A stretch of DNA of 64,000 nucleotides from an uncultured delta proteobacterium (GCA_963739245.1 CAVTZP010000007.1:187723-251722), one strand, 5' to 3'. Shown: positions 48,833 to 59,100, numbered from the stretch's first letter. Notes: generated by a model from the sequence alone, not told the origin. Made by a program: numbers and translations.

Positions 48833-49030
48833 CTAATACTCACCACCACCGCCACCACGACCACTAGACTTACAGGCGATACTGGCTAAAAATAGCAGGG
48901 CTGATAGCCCGAACCAAACTGTCCCGGTAAGCTCAGCGCGGAGTAGAGGAAGCACCCCAAGTAAAGTGACAACGCCTATCGCCAAGCAAAAAAAGGCAAT
49001 AATGCCAGCCAACACAGCTAAGATCTTCAT
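48833..49030 (-). CDS. small membrane protein (2 TM)
   Basis: 65 aa with two hydrophobic helices and a Gly-rich tail. GGAGG Shine-Dalgarno upstream. Confidence 0.4.
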   Translation of the reverse strand: MKILAVLAGIIAFFCLAIGVVTLLGVLPLLRAELTGTVWFGLSALLFLASIACKSSGRGGGGGEY

Positions 49031-49069
49031 GATAAAACCTCCTTCTACATAGTCATTATATTTTATTTT

Positions 49070-49093
49070 AGCCTACGGTTACTATATAATATA
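49070..49093 (+). promoter_or_regulatory. shared promoter-like motif, copy 2 (upstream of the MBL/radical-SAM/cinA operon)
   Basis: AGCCTACGGTT, then ACTA, then TATAATATA. The TATAAT at 49085-49090 ends 38 nt before the ATG at 49129. Confidence 0.4.
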
Positions 49094-49128
49094 AAGTTGG
49101 CTAAGTAATTTATTAAAGGAATAATAAC

Positions 49129-49790
49129 ATGAGACTGATAAAAAATCTATACTTCTACCCCGAAAAGGGAATGATGGACTGCAATACCTATGTGATTAAG
49201 GATAAAACCAGCATCATCATAGACCCCGGTCTTACCCAATTCCTGCCGGAGCTAATACAGGATTTGTACAAGGAAGGCATTGACCCTAAAGAGATAGATA
49301 TTATCGCTAATACCCACCTGCACGGTGACCACTGCTGGTCAAATGAGGCATTCAGGAAAATCTCCGGAGCTAAAATACTTCTCCACCCGTCGCAAAAGAA
49401 TTCCTGGGAGGAACGGTTACCCAGACGTCAAGATTCTTTGGTGTCCCCGCCGTGGAGTTCACCCAAGATGAATTACTTGAGGGTGACAAGCTAAATACCG
49501 GGGAGATGGAATTTGAGCTCATCCCCTCCCCGGGACATTCCCCGGACAGCATCTGCTTCTACTGCAAAAAGGAGAAAATCTTGATTTGCGGAGACGTCCT
49601 CTTCAACCAGAATACCGGGCGGGTTGACCTGCCCGGCGGCAGTGCCGAGGCACTTAAGCAGTCTATAGAGAGGCTATCACAGCTAGAAATAGAGTACCTG
49701 CTTCCCGGACATATGGACATCATAGTCGGCGAGGAAAAGGTGAAGCGCAACTTTGAATTCATCAAGAAATACGTGTTTGGCCACCTGTAA
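49129..49790 (+). pseudogene. MBL-fold hydrolase split by an apparent 1-nt deletion
   Basis: Track ORFs 49129-49494 (THLHGDHCWSN) and 49452-49790 (SPGHSPDS, CGDVLF, LPGH) overlap in different frames. Adding a C to the CCC run at 49386-49388 gives the continuous reading ..ILLHPVAKEFLGGTVTQTSRFFGVPAVEFTQDELL.. Confidence 0.8.
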
Positions 49791-49801
49791 AGGGGAAACA
49801 A

Positions 49802-50942
49802 ATGACAACGGACTCCATTGAACTCGGACCAATCAGACCACCAAGCGAGGCTTACTCCCTGCTCGTCAGGGTAACCAGGAACTGCCCCTGGAACCGGTGC
49901 AAGTTCTGCCATGTTTACAAAGGGAAAAAATTCGAGCTAAGGTCGGTGGAGGAGATAAAACAGGATATATTAGCCGTCAAAGCAATACAGGACAAAATAA
50001 AGGAGATTTCATGGAAGTCCGGCTACGGGGGAGGAGTGGAAGAGGCGGCGGCCACGATACTCAACAATCCACCAAATGAAGCCTTCTTTAATGTTGCCTT
50101 CTGGCTTTATCACGGCGGCGACAGCGCCTTCCTCCAGGATGCCAATAGCCTGATTATGAGAACCGATGAGCTGGCTGAGGTAATAAGGTTCTTAAAGCAG
50201 ACCCTGCCCAGCATCACCCGGGTGACCAGCTATGGCCGGTCAAAGACCGCCGCCAAAAAGAAGCTGGAGGAGCTAATCCAGCTCCGTGAGGCTGGGCTTT
50301 CCCGGCTTCATATCGGGCTGGAATCAGGCTATGACCCCCTGCTTAAATATATGGACAAGGGGGTTACTGCCGCCGAACACATAAAAGGCGGGAAAAATAT
50401 AGTGGCATCGGGCATCTCACTCTCCGAATATGTCCTCCTCGGCCTGGGCGGTAAGGGGATGTGGCGGGAGCATGCCATTGAAACGGCAAAGGTATTAAAC
50501 CAGATAAACCCAGAATTTATCCGGATTAGAACCCTGACCATCAAGGCGGGCATGCCGCTATATGATGAGGTTAAGAATGGCAATTTTATTCGGGAGACGG
50601 ACGAGGAGATTATAGAAGAGGAGAAATTATTTATTGAAAACCTCAACTGCCAGTCAAACTTTATCAGCGACCATATTACAAATTTGCTCCAGGAGATTGA
50701 GGGGAAACTGCCCGAAGACAAGGAGAAGATGCTGGCTACTGTAGCCAGATTCCAAGTCCCTATCGCCGGAAGAGAGACAAAACTTCAAGCTTGGCCGAAG
50801 ATTAGGCATATACGAACGGCTGGATGACCTAAGTAATTCGCCCAAACACGATAGCGTGGAGCAGGCAGTAAAAAAACTTAGCCCCAATGGCAATCAGGTT
50901 GACGAGGAGACGATATACTCCCTGATGGAGAGGTTCATATGA
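49802..50942 (+). CDS. radical SAM protein with a CxxxxCxxC cluster motif (frameshift near the 3' end)
   Basis: RNCPWNRCKFCHVY has Cys spacing 4 and 2 rather than the canonical 3 and 2. The track ORF ends at 50827, but the +1 frame open from 50745 reads ..SLSPEERQNFKLGRRLGIYERLDDL...YSLMERFI* and ends in an ATGA overlap with cinA at 50939-50942. Confidence 0.75.
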
Positions 50943-51412
50943 GCCTGGAGGAAGAGGTCGGCGCCCTGCTTCGCCGGAAAGGGTTAACCCTGGGGGTGGT
51001 TGAGTCAGCCAGCGGCGGGCTAATCTCCCACCGAATAACCAATGTCCCCGGTAGCTCGGACTACTATAAAGGCTCGGTTACCTCATATAGCAATGAGGTC
51101 AAGATTAGGGTGGTGGGAGTGAGGGAGACTACTATAAACCGATATGGTGTGGTGAGCGCCGAGGTGGCTGAGGAGATGGCGCAGGGTGGGAGAAAAATAC
51201 TCTCCGCTGATATCTGCCTGGCTGACACCGGCATTGCCGGACCCAGCGGGGCAACTCCGGGGAAACCGGTGGGGCTATTCTTTATTGGACTATCGCACGG
51301 GGCAAAAACCTTTACCCGTCAACACAACTTCCACGGAGACCGGGAGCAGAACAAGCAAAGCGCGGCTGAGGCGGCGCTAGAGTGGCTGAAGGAGTACCTG
51401 GCGGGGCTCTAG
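50939..51412 (+). CDS. CinA C-terminal domain protein / nicotinamide-nucleotide amidohydrolase PncC-like
   Basis: 157 aa. GVVESASGGLISHRITNVPGSSDYYKGSVTSYSNEVK and DTGIAGPSG are typical of the CinA_C domain. Confidence 0.85.
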   Translation: MSLEEEVGALLRRKGLTLGVVESASGGLISHRITNVPGSSDYYKGSVTSYSNEVKIRVVGVRETTINRYGVVSAEVAEEMAQGGRKILSADICLADTGIAGPSGATPGKPVGLFFIGLSHGAKTFTRQHNFHGDREQNKQSAAEAALEWLKEYLAGL

Positions 51413-51721
51413 TTATTTAATAAAAGCCTTCGGGAACGCCTTTTTCGCTGAGATTAGCATTTTTTGCTGGTTTTCCCTGCCTATCGTTCCAGTACTTACG
51501 ATAATATCTTCTAAATTAATACGTGGAGACCGTTCAGTTCGGGCTTCCATATCTAAGGCCATTTCCGCGACATCGTATGTTTCAACAGCTTTTTCTTCTT
51601 TTGGAATAACACTGAAATGATTTGCCCAAAGTGTGTTGCATTTGGGACAGCATATTACTAAACTACCATCATTAAAAATTTTCGCTTGGACTTCCGTATT
51701 ATCTTCCTCGTGTATAAACAT
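51413..51721 (-). CDS. small hypothetical protein sharing a C-terminal tail with the neighbouring gene
   Basis: 102 aa, AT-rich. Ends ..MLISAKKAFPKAFIK. One CxxC (CPKC). Confidence 0.4.
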   Translation of the reverse strand: MFIHEEDNTEVQAKIFNDGSLVICCPKCNTLWANHFSVIPKEEKAVETYDVAEMALDMEARTERSPRINLEDIIVSTGTIGRENQQKMLISAKKAFPKAFIK

Positions 51722-51760
51722 TACACTTCCTCCGGTTCAAATTATGAATAAAATAGTGTT

Positions 51761-52144
51761 CTATTTAAAAGCCTCCGGAAATGCTTTTTTTGCTTTTTTA
51801 ATCACCTCCATATCGGATGCCGCAAGCAAGGCATTGGACTTCGACTCGGCTTTATTAGCTCTTTGCTCGGTTTGCTCTTTACCGGCTGACCCGATTTGTA
51901 AGCCGAAGAACGCTCCTACCAGAGTTCCGAGAACGCTCGTAAATAGACCCACGATGGCAACAATGTCATTAGCTTGTTTGATTCCAAATGCAAGGAGTAC
52001 CAAAACTAATAGAGCCGCAAGAAAAAGACCAATTATGGCTAACCAAAAAGCCTTACTAATCCGGAATATTTCCACTTGAGGATCTTTAGTAATTGACGCC
52101 GATTCTTTCGCAGGTGTCGTTGGTTGATTTCCTCCCTGTGACAT
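51761..52144 (-). CDS. small membrane protein (2 TM) sharing a C-terminal tail with the neighbouring gene
   Basis: 127 aa, AT-rich. Two TM helices, then ..EVIKKAKKAFPEAFK. GGAGG Shine-Dalgarno upstream. Confidence 0.45.
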   Translation of the reverse strand: MSQGGNQPTTPAKESASITKDPQVEIFRISKAFWLAIIGLFLAALLVLVLLAFGIKQANDIVAIVGLFTSVLGTLVGAFFGLQIGSAGKEQTEQRANKAESKSNALLAASDMEVIKKAKKAFPEAFK

Positions 52145-52224
52145 ATATCCTCCTTTCTACACATTTGGCATAAAATATACACCTTTTAGTCACTCTTGTC
52201 AATAGGGACACCCCAACTTAAGTG

Positions 52225-52380
52225 GGTGTCTAAGAGGGACGCCAGCCCCTCTTTTATAAAATCTTCCCCCTCCTGGAGAAATTTCTAAGTCCTAATATCT
52301 AAACTCTAACAGGCACGAATTGCGTTGTTTAGTATTTCGGATTTCGTGCTTTGAGTTTCTAATGTTAGGGGGTGAGGTAG
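52225..52380 (-). repeat. bipartite palindromic repeat, copy R9 (B'-A'), with the A hairpin interrupted
   Basis: An intact B' (GGTGTCTAAGAGGGACGCCAGCCCCTCTT) and the left A arm (TCTTCCCCCTCC) are followed by about 90 nt of unrelated AT-rich sequence. Then comes the terminal flank TAGGGGGTGAGGTAG at 52366-52380. Confidence 0.65.
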
Positions 52381-52387
52381 ATTAGAA

Positions 52388-52416
52388 TTGCCAATATCAC
52401 CTATCAATGCTATACT
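52388..52416 (+). promoter_or_regulatory. candidate sigma70-like promoter for rph
   Basis: -35 TTGCCA (52388-52393), 17-nt spacer, -10 TATACT (52411-52416). GGAGGAG Shine-Dalgarno before the GTG at 52446. Confidence 0.4.
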
Positions 52417-52445
52417 CTGACATACTCTAAATGGAGGAGAATTAG

Positions 52446-53168
52446 GTGAAACGGGCGGACGGGCGTGCCTGGGATGAGCTAAGACCGATAAAGATAACAC
52501 CCGGCTTTCAGAGCTTTGCCGAAGGCTCGGCGCTGATAGAACTGGGAAAGACCATGGTGCTATGCTCGGTTAGCGTTGACGAGAAGGTACCAGGCTTCCT
52601 TAGAGGAGGGGACAGCGGCTGGATTACGGCGGAATACGGTATGTTACCCCGCTCCACCACCACCCGCACCCCACGCGAAGCAGCACTGGGCAGGGTGGCG
52701 GGGAGAAGCCAGGAAATTCAACGCCTCATCGGACGCTCCCTGCGAGCAGTAACTGACCTCACGGCACTGGGGGAAAGAACCCTGATTATAGACTGCGATG
52801 TATTGCAGGCAGACGGCGGCACCAGAACCGCAGCCATTACCGGTGCCTATGTCGCCCTGCACCGGGCACTTCAAACCCTGGCTAATATGGGGGTAATATC
52901 GTCCATTCCCTTAAATAGCGCCGTAGCCGCCACCAGCGTTGGCATCGTGCATGGTAACCAGATGCTGGACCTTTGCTACGATGAAGACTGCAACGCTGCG
53001 GTTGACTTTAATGTGGTGATGACCAGCAAGGGCGAATTTGTCGAGGTCCAGGGCACGGCTGAAGGCAAGCCCTTCCCCAGGGAGACTATTGATTCCCTGC
53101 TCTCTTTAGCCGAAAAGGGCATAAAACAGCTCTTTGAAGTTCAACAGGCTGCCCTGGAAAAACTATAG
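52446..53168 (+). CDS. rph: ribonuclease PH
   Basis: 240 aa. [23 protein letters not shown], and [18 protein letters not shown]. Confidence 0.95.
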   Translation: MKRADGRAWDELRPIKITPGFQSFAEGSALIELGKTMVLCSVSVDEKVPGFLRGGDSGWITAEYGMLPRSTTTRTPREAALGRVAGRSQEIQRLIGRSLRAVTDLTALGERTLIIDCDVLQADGGTRTAAITGAYVALHRALQTLANMGVISSIPLNSAVAATSVGIVHGNQMLDLCYDEDCNAAVDFNVVMTSKGEFVEVQGTAEGKPFPRETIDSLLSLAEKGIKQLFEVQQAALEKL

Positions 53169-53172
53169 CCAA

Positions 53173-54447
53173 TTACGGGCGCACCTGCCCGCTACCAAAG
53201 ATAATCCACTTATAGCTGGTTAGCTCCCTCAACCCTAGCGGACCGCGGGCATGAAACTTCTGGGTACTGATGCCGACCTCAGCCCCCAGGCCAAACTGAC
53301 CACCATCGGTGAAACGGGTGCTGGCATTGACATAGACGCAGGCGGCATCCACCTCATCAAGGAAGCGCATGGCGGCACCATATTCCTCAGTGACAATCGC
53401 CTCAGAGTGCCCCGAGCCATAGCGCTCAATATGCTCAAGCGCCTCATCCAGAGAGTCCACCACCTTGACCGCCGCCACCAGCGCCAGAAACTCCTTGCCC
53501 CAATCCCCATCAGTAGCTGGCGCCAGCTTCAAAGAAGGGTCTGACTTAAGGATAGCCATCGCCCGCTTATCACAGTGCATCTCCACCCCCGCCTTCGCCC
53601 ACTCCACTGCCACCAGGGGGAGATAGCGCTGGGCAATATCGGCATGAACCAGAAGGCAGTCCAGGGCGTTACAAACGGTGGGGCGCTGCACCTTGGCATT
53701 AAAGGCAATAGCCACCGCCTTATTCACATCAGCGCTCTTGTCCACATAGGTATGGCAAACACCAATGCCACCGGTTACCACCGCCATAGCGGCATTTTCC
53801 GCGACAAACCTTATCAGCTCAGCACCACCCCGGGGAACAATCAGGTCAATAAACTCCCTCATCTTGAGCATGTGATTGACCAGGGCTCGGTCAGTATTCT
53901 CAACAAACTGAACCGCCCCCTCGGGGACGCCGGCTCTGGTTGCCGCCTCCTGAACTACCTTAGCTAAGGCACTATTGGAGTGAATTGCCTCCCTGCCCCC
54001 CCTTAAGATAACGGCGTTGCCCGACTTCAGGCAGAGGACAGAGATATCGACACTAACATTGGGTCGGCTCTCATAGACAGCGCCAACCACCCCCAGCGGC
54101 ACCCTTTTCCTGCCGAGCAACAAGCCATTGGGCAGGGTGCGCATATCAAACACCTCGCCCACCGGGTCAGGGAGTGCCGCCACTGCCAGCACATCCCTGG
54201 CTATAGCCTCAAGACGGCTGGAGTCAAGCATCAGCCTATCCAGCATGGCGGCGTTCATCCCTGAGGCATGAGCCTCATGGTAGTCAATCTGGTTAGCCGC
54301 CAGTATTTCGTCCTTCTTAGCCAGAAGGTCACTGGCAATATTATGTAAAGCCTTATTTTTGACCTCGGTAGAGAGGTAAGCCATGCGCCGGGAAGCCGCC
54401 TTCGCCGCCCTAGCTTTTGCTTCTAGCTCGCCAGTTGCTGATTTCAT
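53173..54447 (-). CDS. proA: glutamate-5-semialdehyde dehydrogenase (gamma-glutamyl phosphate reductase)
   Basis: Aldehyde-dehydrogenase fold with the CNALDCLLVH active site. I place the start at ATG 54447 (MKSATGELEAK...). The track's extra 56 N-terminal codons are translation of repeat copy R10. Confidence 0.9.
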   Translation of the reverse strand: MKSATGELEAKARAAKAASRRMAYLSTEVKNKALHNIASDLLAKKDEILAANQIDYHEAHASGMNAAMLDRLMLDSSRLEAIARDVLAVAALPDPVGEVFDMRTLPNGLLLGRKRVPLGVVGAVYESRPNVSVDISVLCLKSGNAVILRGGREAIHSNSALAKVVQEAATRAGVPEGAVQFVENTDRALVNHMLKMREFIDLIVPRGGAELIRFVAENAAMAVVTGGIGVCHTYVDKSADVNKAVAIAFNAKVQRPTVCNALDCLLVHADIAQRYLPLVAVEWAKAGVEMHCDKRAMAILKSDPSLKLAPATDGDWGKEFLALVAAVKVVDSLDEALEHIERYGSGHSEAIVTEEYGAAMRFLDEVDAACVYVNASTRFTDGGQFGLGAEVGISTQKFHARGPLGLRELTSYKWIIFGSGQVRP

Positions 54448-54454
54448 TTTATTA

Positions 54455-54575
54455 ATCTCACCCCCTGTATCCCCCTCTCCTTGAGAAGGAGAGGGGGGAA
54501 GGTATTGTTTAGAGGGACTTCGTCCCTCTTGGACTCCCTTGAATTTATTTGGGCTTCGCCCCTCTTGGACTCTCC
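54455..54575 (+). repeat. repeat family copy R10: A module plus B module plus an extra half B module
   Basis: ATCTCACCCCCTGTATCCCCCTCTCCTTGAGAAGGAGAGGGGGG ... TTTAGAGGGACTTCGTCCCTCTTGGACTCC ... GGGCTTCGCCCCTCTTGGACTCTCC. It fills the gap between the small ORF and proA. Confidence 0.85.
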
Positions 54576-54577
54576 TC

Positions 54578-54880
54578 CTACTTAAGCAGGCCCACGCCGT
54601 TAACGCGATAGACACTGCGGGCAGGAATCCCGGGCAGTACCCGATTGACCAGCTTTCTCACAAAACACCTGCCCCTGCACCCATCCTCCAATTCAATAAT
54701 ATACCCATCCTTCTCGCTAATCTTTATGCTCCTATCAATAGCACACTCTCCCCACCAGCGAGCTGGCTCAGCCGCCGCGTCCTGGTAGAGCTTACAGTCA
54801 ATATCCGAGATAAATTGCTCGCTGCCGCCAATAGGGATAAGGTAGAGCTTGCCCCTACCCTCTTTAATCTCCATATTCAC
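54578..54880 (-). CDS. small hypothetical protein inserted between proB and proA
   Basis: 100 aa. GGAG Shine-Dalgarno-like sequence upstream. No motif recognised (..GKLYLIPIGG..ECAIDRSIKISEKDGYIIELEDGCRGRCFVRKL..). Confidence 0.4.
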   Translation of the reverse strand: MNMEIKEGRGKLYLIPIGGSEQFISDIDCKLYQDAAAEPARWWGECAIDRSIKISEKDGYIIELEDGCRGRCFVRKLVNRVLPGIPARSVYRVNGVGLLK

Positions 54881-54884
54881 TCCT

Positions 54885-56000
54885 TTATTCTAATACTACC
54901 AGATTATTCCTATGCACTATCTCAGAGCCGTAGTCGTAGCCAAGGAGGGTGGTAATCTTCTCCGAGTGTGCCCCTTTAATTACCGCAATCTCCGCCGAGC
55001 TATAGTTGGTTATGCCGCAGCCAAGCCGAGACCCTTCAGGGTCATAGATATTTACGATATCACCCCGCTGAAACTCGCCACTAGCGCCTTTAATGCCGGC
55101 GGCGAGCAGGCTCCGCTTCTGCTTCTTTAAGGCTATCGCCGCCCCCGAATCCACCACCAGCTTGCCCCTGGTGGCAAGACCGCTGAGCATCCAGCGCTGG
55201 CGGCTCTCAAGCTTGCTGGTAGTGGGCAGAAAGCGGGTGCCCAGGGCCTCAGCATTTGCCAGCCGTAGGACAACATCTCGCTCCCTGCCATCAGCGATAA
55301 CCACCGTCACTCCGGAAGAGGTAGCCAGCCTTGCCGCCTCTATCTTGGTAATCATGCCTCCGGTGCCAAGTCTACTGGAGGTACCAGACGCCAGGCGCTC
55401 AATCTCTGAATCTATCCTCTCCACCTGCGAAATAAGGCGGGCATTGGGGTCAACATGAGGGTCAGCAGTATACAGCCCGGCAGTATCGGTAAGAATCATC
55501 AACAGGTCGGCATCAATAAGGTTAGCCACCATCGCCGAAAGATTATCGTTATCGCCAAACCTGGCCTCGTGAAGCTCGTCAACGGCAACAACATCGTTTT
55601 CATTGACAATACATATTACCCCCAGCTCCAGTAAAGCGAGAAGGGTATTTCTGGCATTAAGATAACCAGCCCGGTCAAGGAGGTCAACCTTGGCCAGCAA
55701 CGCCTGAGCCACCGTAATATCATACTTACTGAAGAGTTGCTCATAGAGGCTCATCAAACGATGCTGCCCCACTGAAGCCAGCACCTGCTTAAGAGGGATA
55801 CCTTTAACCCTCTTGGTCAACCCCAGCTCATGCCGGCCGGAGGCTATAGCCCCGGAGGAAACTAAAATCGCCTCCAGCCCCTGCTTATGCAATTGCGCCA
55901 CCTGGGCTACCAGGCTTGACATTATACTCCGGTCAAGGCGGTCGCTACCGCCGGTAAGCAGGCTGGTGCCAAATTTAACTACTATCCGCCGATATGACAT
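54885..56000 (-). CDS. proB: glutamate 5-kinase (with PUA domain)
   Basis: 371 aa. VVKFGTS, VSSGAIA, and a C-terminal PUA-like segment [23 protein letters not shown]. Confidence 0.95.
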   Translation of the reverse strand: MSYRRIVVKFGTSLLTGGSDRLDRSIMSSLVAQVAQLHKQGLEAILVSSGAIASGRHELGLTKRVKGIPLKQVLASVGQHRLMSLYEQLFSKYDITVAQALLAKVDLLDRAGYLNARNTLLALLELGVICIVNENDVVAVDELHEARFGDNDNLSAMVANLIDADLLMILTDTAGLYTADPHVDPNARLISQVERIDSEIERLASGTSSRLGTGGMITKIEAARLATSSGVTVVIADGRERDVVLRLANAEALGTRFLPTTSKLESRQRWMLSGLATRGKLVVDSGAAIALKKQKRSLLAAGIKGASGEFQRGDIVNIYDPEGSRLGCGITNYSSAEIAVIKGAHSEKITTLLGYDYGSEIVHRNNLVVLE

Positions 56001-56117
56001 ATCTACCCCAAATAAACTTGCTTTATTATAGCAAATTGCCTGGCATTCTGTCCTGTGCTAGAATTTTAGGGAGGGCTAGGCCGTTTCGGCTAGCCCTAGA
56101 GGTGTTTGGGGAAGAAA

Positions 56118-59100
56118 ATGGATTTAACCAAATTACTCAACCTTATAGCGGAGATGCCGGCTTACCACCAGCTCCTAGATGAGCTACGCCGTAATGCCAG
56201 CACTGAGGTATCAGTCCTTGAGGCGGCTAAACCCTATCTTATTGCTGCCCTATTTCAGTCTGTGCGACTGCCCATGGTAGTGGTTACAGCACAACCGGAA
56301 AAATCAAGACGGCTCTATGAACAACTACTAGCCTGGAGCAACTCAAGCCAGCTAAAACTTCTCCCCGAGCCTGATGCCCTCCCCTACGAGCGTATTGCCT
56401 CAGATGCCTCCACCGAGCAGGAAAGGGTACAGGTGTTATCAGCTCTGGCCAATATAAGTGGAGAGACAAACGCCCCCCTAATCGTTGCCTCGGCACCAGC
56501 CGTAATGCAGAAGACAACGCCATATAGTGATTTCATCTCCGCCGGCCATATCCTAAAACCGGGGATGGATATTGAGCCGTTTGAGCTTCTGGGAAAATGG
56601 CAGGCTATGGGCTACCGGATGGAAAATATAGTGGAAATGCCGGGAACTATGAGCCATCGTGGCGGCATTATTGACGTCTACCCCCCAACCAGCGACCTGC
56701 CAGCCAGGCTTGAGTTCTTCGGTAACACCATAGAAAGTATCAGAACCTTCGACCCGGCAAGTCAGCGCTCACTGACTCCGGTATCATCCATGGCTATTGG
56801 TCCAGCTACCGAACGCCTAACCCCCCTGAAAGATAGCATCCTGAACTACCTGCCTCCGGCTTGCCTGCTGGTGCTTGATGAGCCTCAGAACATCAAGCAG
56901 GCAGTGGATGAGCTGGATGCCCAGGCCAGCGAGCTGCGGGCAGAGAAGCTTGAGCGGGGGGAGCTGCCAGCTAATTTCCCCAGACCATACCTCAACTGGA
57001 AGGAGCTAGAGCCAGAAATAAGAGAGAAGCCATGCCTTATGCTCACTGCCTGGGCTGTTGGTGAGGAGGATTCAAGCCATCGGCTGAACTTCACTGTTGC
57101 CCCAAGCTATGCCGGGCAGCTACCAGCCTTCGTCAACAAGGTAAAACAACTACTAAAGCAAAAGCAACGGCTGATAATCGTCAGCCACCAGGCCAGCCGA
57201 CTGTCCGAGCTACTCGGTCAGGAGGATATTATTGCTTCGCCCGTTACCGAACTCGAGCAGATACCCCCGCCCGGCTCGCTGACCCTAGTCCAGGGGTTAC
57301 TGGCTGAGGGCTGGGTGATGGACAACCACACCACCTTATTCACCGATGCCGAAGTCTTCGGCTTTATCAAGCAACGGCGGCTGATAAAGAGAAGAGCGGT
57401 GCCCCACCACCGGTTCGTTATTGAATTTGCCCCCGGCGACTATGTCGTCCATGTTGAGCACGGGATTGGCCGGTTTGCCGGTGTTACCAGGATGAGTACC
57501 GAGGATAGCGAAAAGGAATACCTGGTTTTAGGCTATGGCGCCGGCGATAAGCTCTATGTCCCCACCGACCAGATAGACCGCGTCAACCGCTACATCGGCG
57601 CCAGCGACCACCCACCGGTGCTGAACCGCCTCGGCACCCAGGAATGGACGCGAACCAAGCAGCGGGCGAAGGAAGCCGCCGAAGATGTCGCCCAGGAGCT
57701 TTTAGCCCTCTATGCCACCAGAGAGGTCGTTCCCGGTTTTGCCTTTTCCGGTGATAGCGTATGGCAGCAGGAGCTTGAGGCTTCCTTCCCCTATGTGGAG
57801 ACCCCGGACCAGATAAAGGTTCAGGGAGAGGTAAAAGGGGACATGGAAAAAGCTAAGCCCATGGACCGGCTGGTGTGCGGGGATGTGGGCTACGGTAAGA
57901 CCGAGGTCGCTCTCCGGGCCGCCTTCAAGGCAGTGATGGATGGTAAACAGGTGGCGGTGCTGGTGCCGACCACCGTCCTCGCCCAGCAGCACTTTGCCAC
58001 CTTCAGCCAGAGGCTGGATGCCTTCCCGGTAAGAATTGAGGTTTTAAGCCGATTTAAGACGCCAAAAGAGCAACAGGCAATCCTCAAGGGATTGTCCGAC
58101 GGTAGCGTTGACATCTGCATCGGCACCCACCGCCTGCTGCAAAAGGATGTGGTCTTCAAAAATATGGGGCTGCTCATCATTGATGAGGAGCAACGCTTCG
58201 GTGTCGCCCATAAAGAGCACCTTAAGAAATTGAGGCAGGAGGTGGATGCCCTCACCCTGAGCGCCACCCCAATCCCCCGCACCCTCCACATGTCCCTGGT
58301 CGGGGTAAGGGATATGAGCACCATGGAGACCCCTCCCGAGCAGCGCCTCCCCATCAAGACCTATGTCGCTGAATATAACGAGCGGCTAATCCGGGAGGCT
58401 ATTCTAAGGGAGATGGAACGTAACGGGCAGGTCTTCTTTGTCCATAACCGGGTTCAGGGCATTGCCTTCATCACCGGCAAGCTCCGCGAGCTGGTACCGG
58501 AGGCAAAAATCGCCATCGCCCACGGCCAGATGCCCGAAGCCGAGCTGGAGAAGGTGATGGCTGACTTTGCCCGGGGCAAGAGCGATGTCCTGGTCTGCAC
58601 CACCATTATTGAATCGGGGCTGGACATGCCCAACGTTAACACCCTGATTATCAACCGGGCCGACAAATTCGGCCTGACCCAGCTATATCAACTAAGGGGT
58701 CGGGTGGGGCGTGGCGCCAACCTTGCCTACGCCTATTTTCTCTATGACCATGGGAAGCGCCTGACGCCAAACGCCGAGAAGCGGCTAAAGACCATATTTG
58801 AAGCCACCGAGCTCGGTGCTGGCTTTGGCATTGCCATGAAAGACCTGGAAATCAGGGGGGCGGGCACCCTGCTTGGACCAAGGCAGAGCGGGCATATTAC
58901 TGCTGTTGGCTTTAATCTTTACACTCGTCTTCTGGCGGAGGCGGTAGAAGAGCTAAAGGCAAAACAGGCTGGCATTGCCGTAACTAAGCCCTCCCACCTG
59001 CCACCACCCACTCTGGATTTGCCCTTGCGAGCCTATATCCCCGAGGAATATGTCGCTGACATTGACACCAGATTAAGCCTCTACCAGAGCCTGGTCAAGC

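Noticed and set aside
54448-54615. 56-codon N-terminal extension of proA in the ORF track
   Set aside because: The extension (..RRRVQEGRSPNKFKGVQEGRSPSKQYLPPSPSQGEGDTGGE..) is a read-through of repeat copy R10. The conserved ProA sequence begins at the ATG at 54447.
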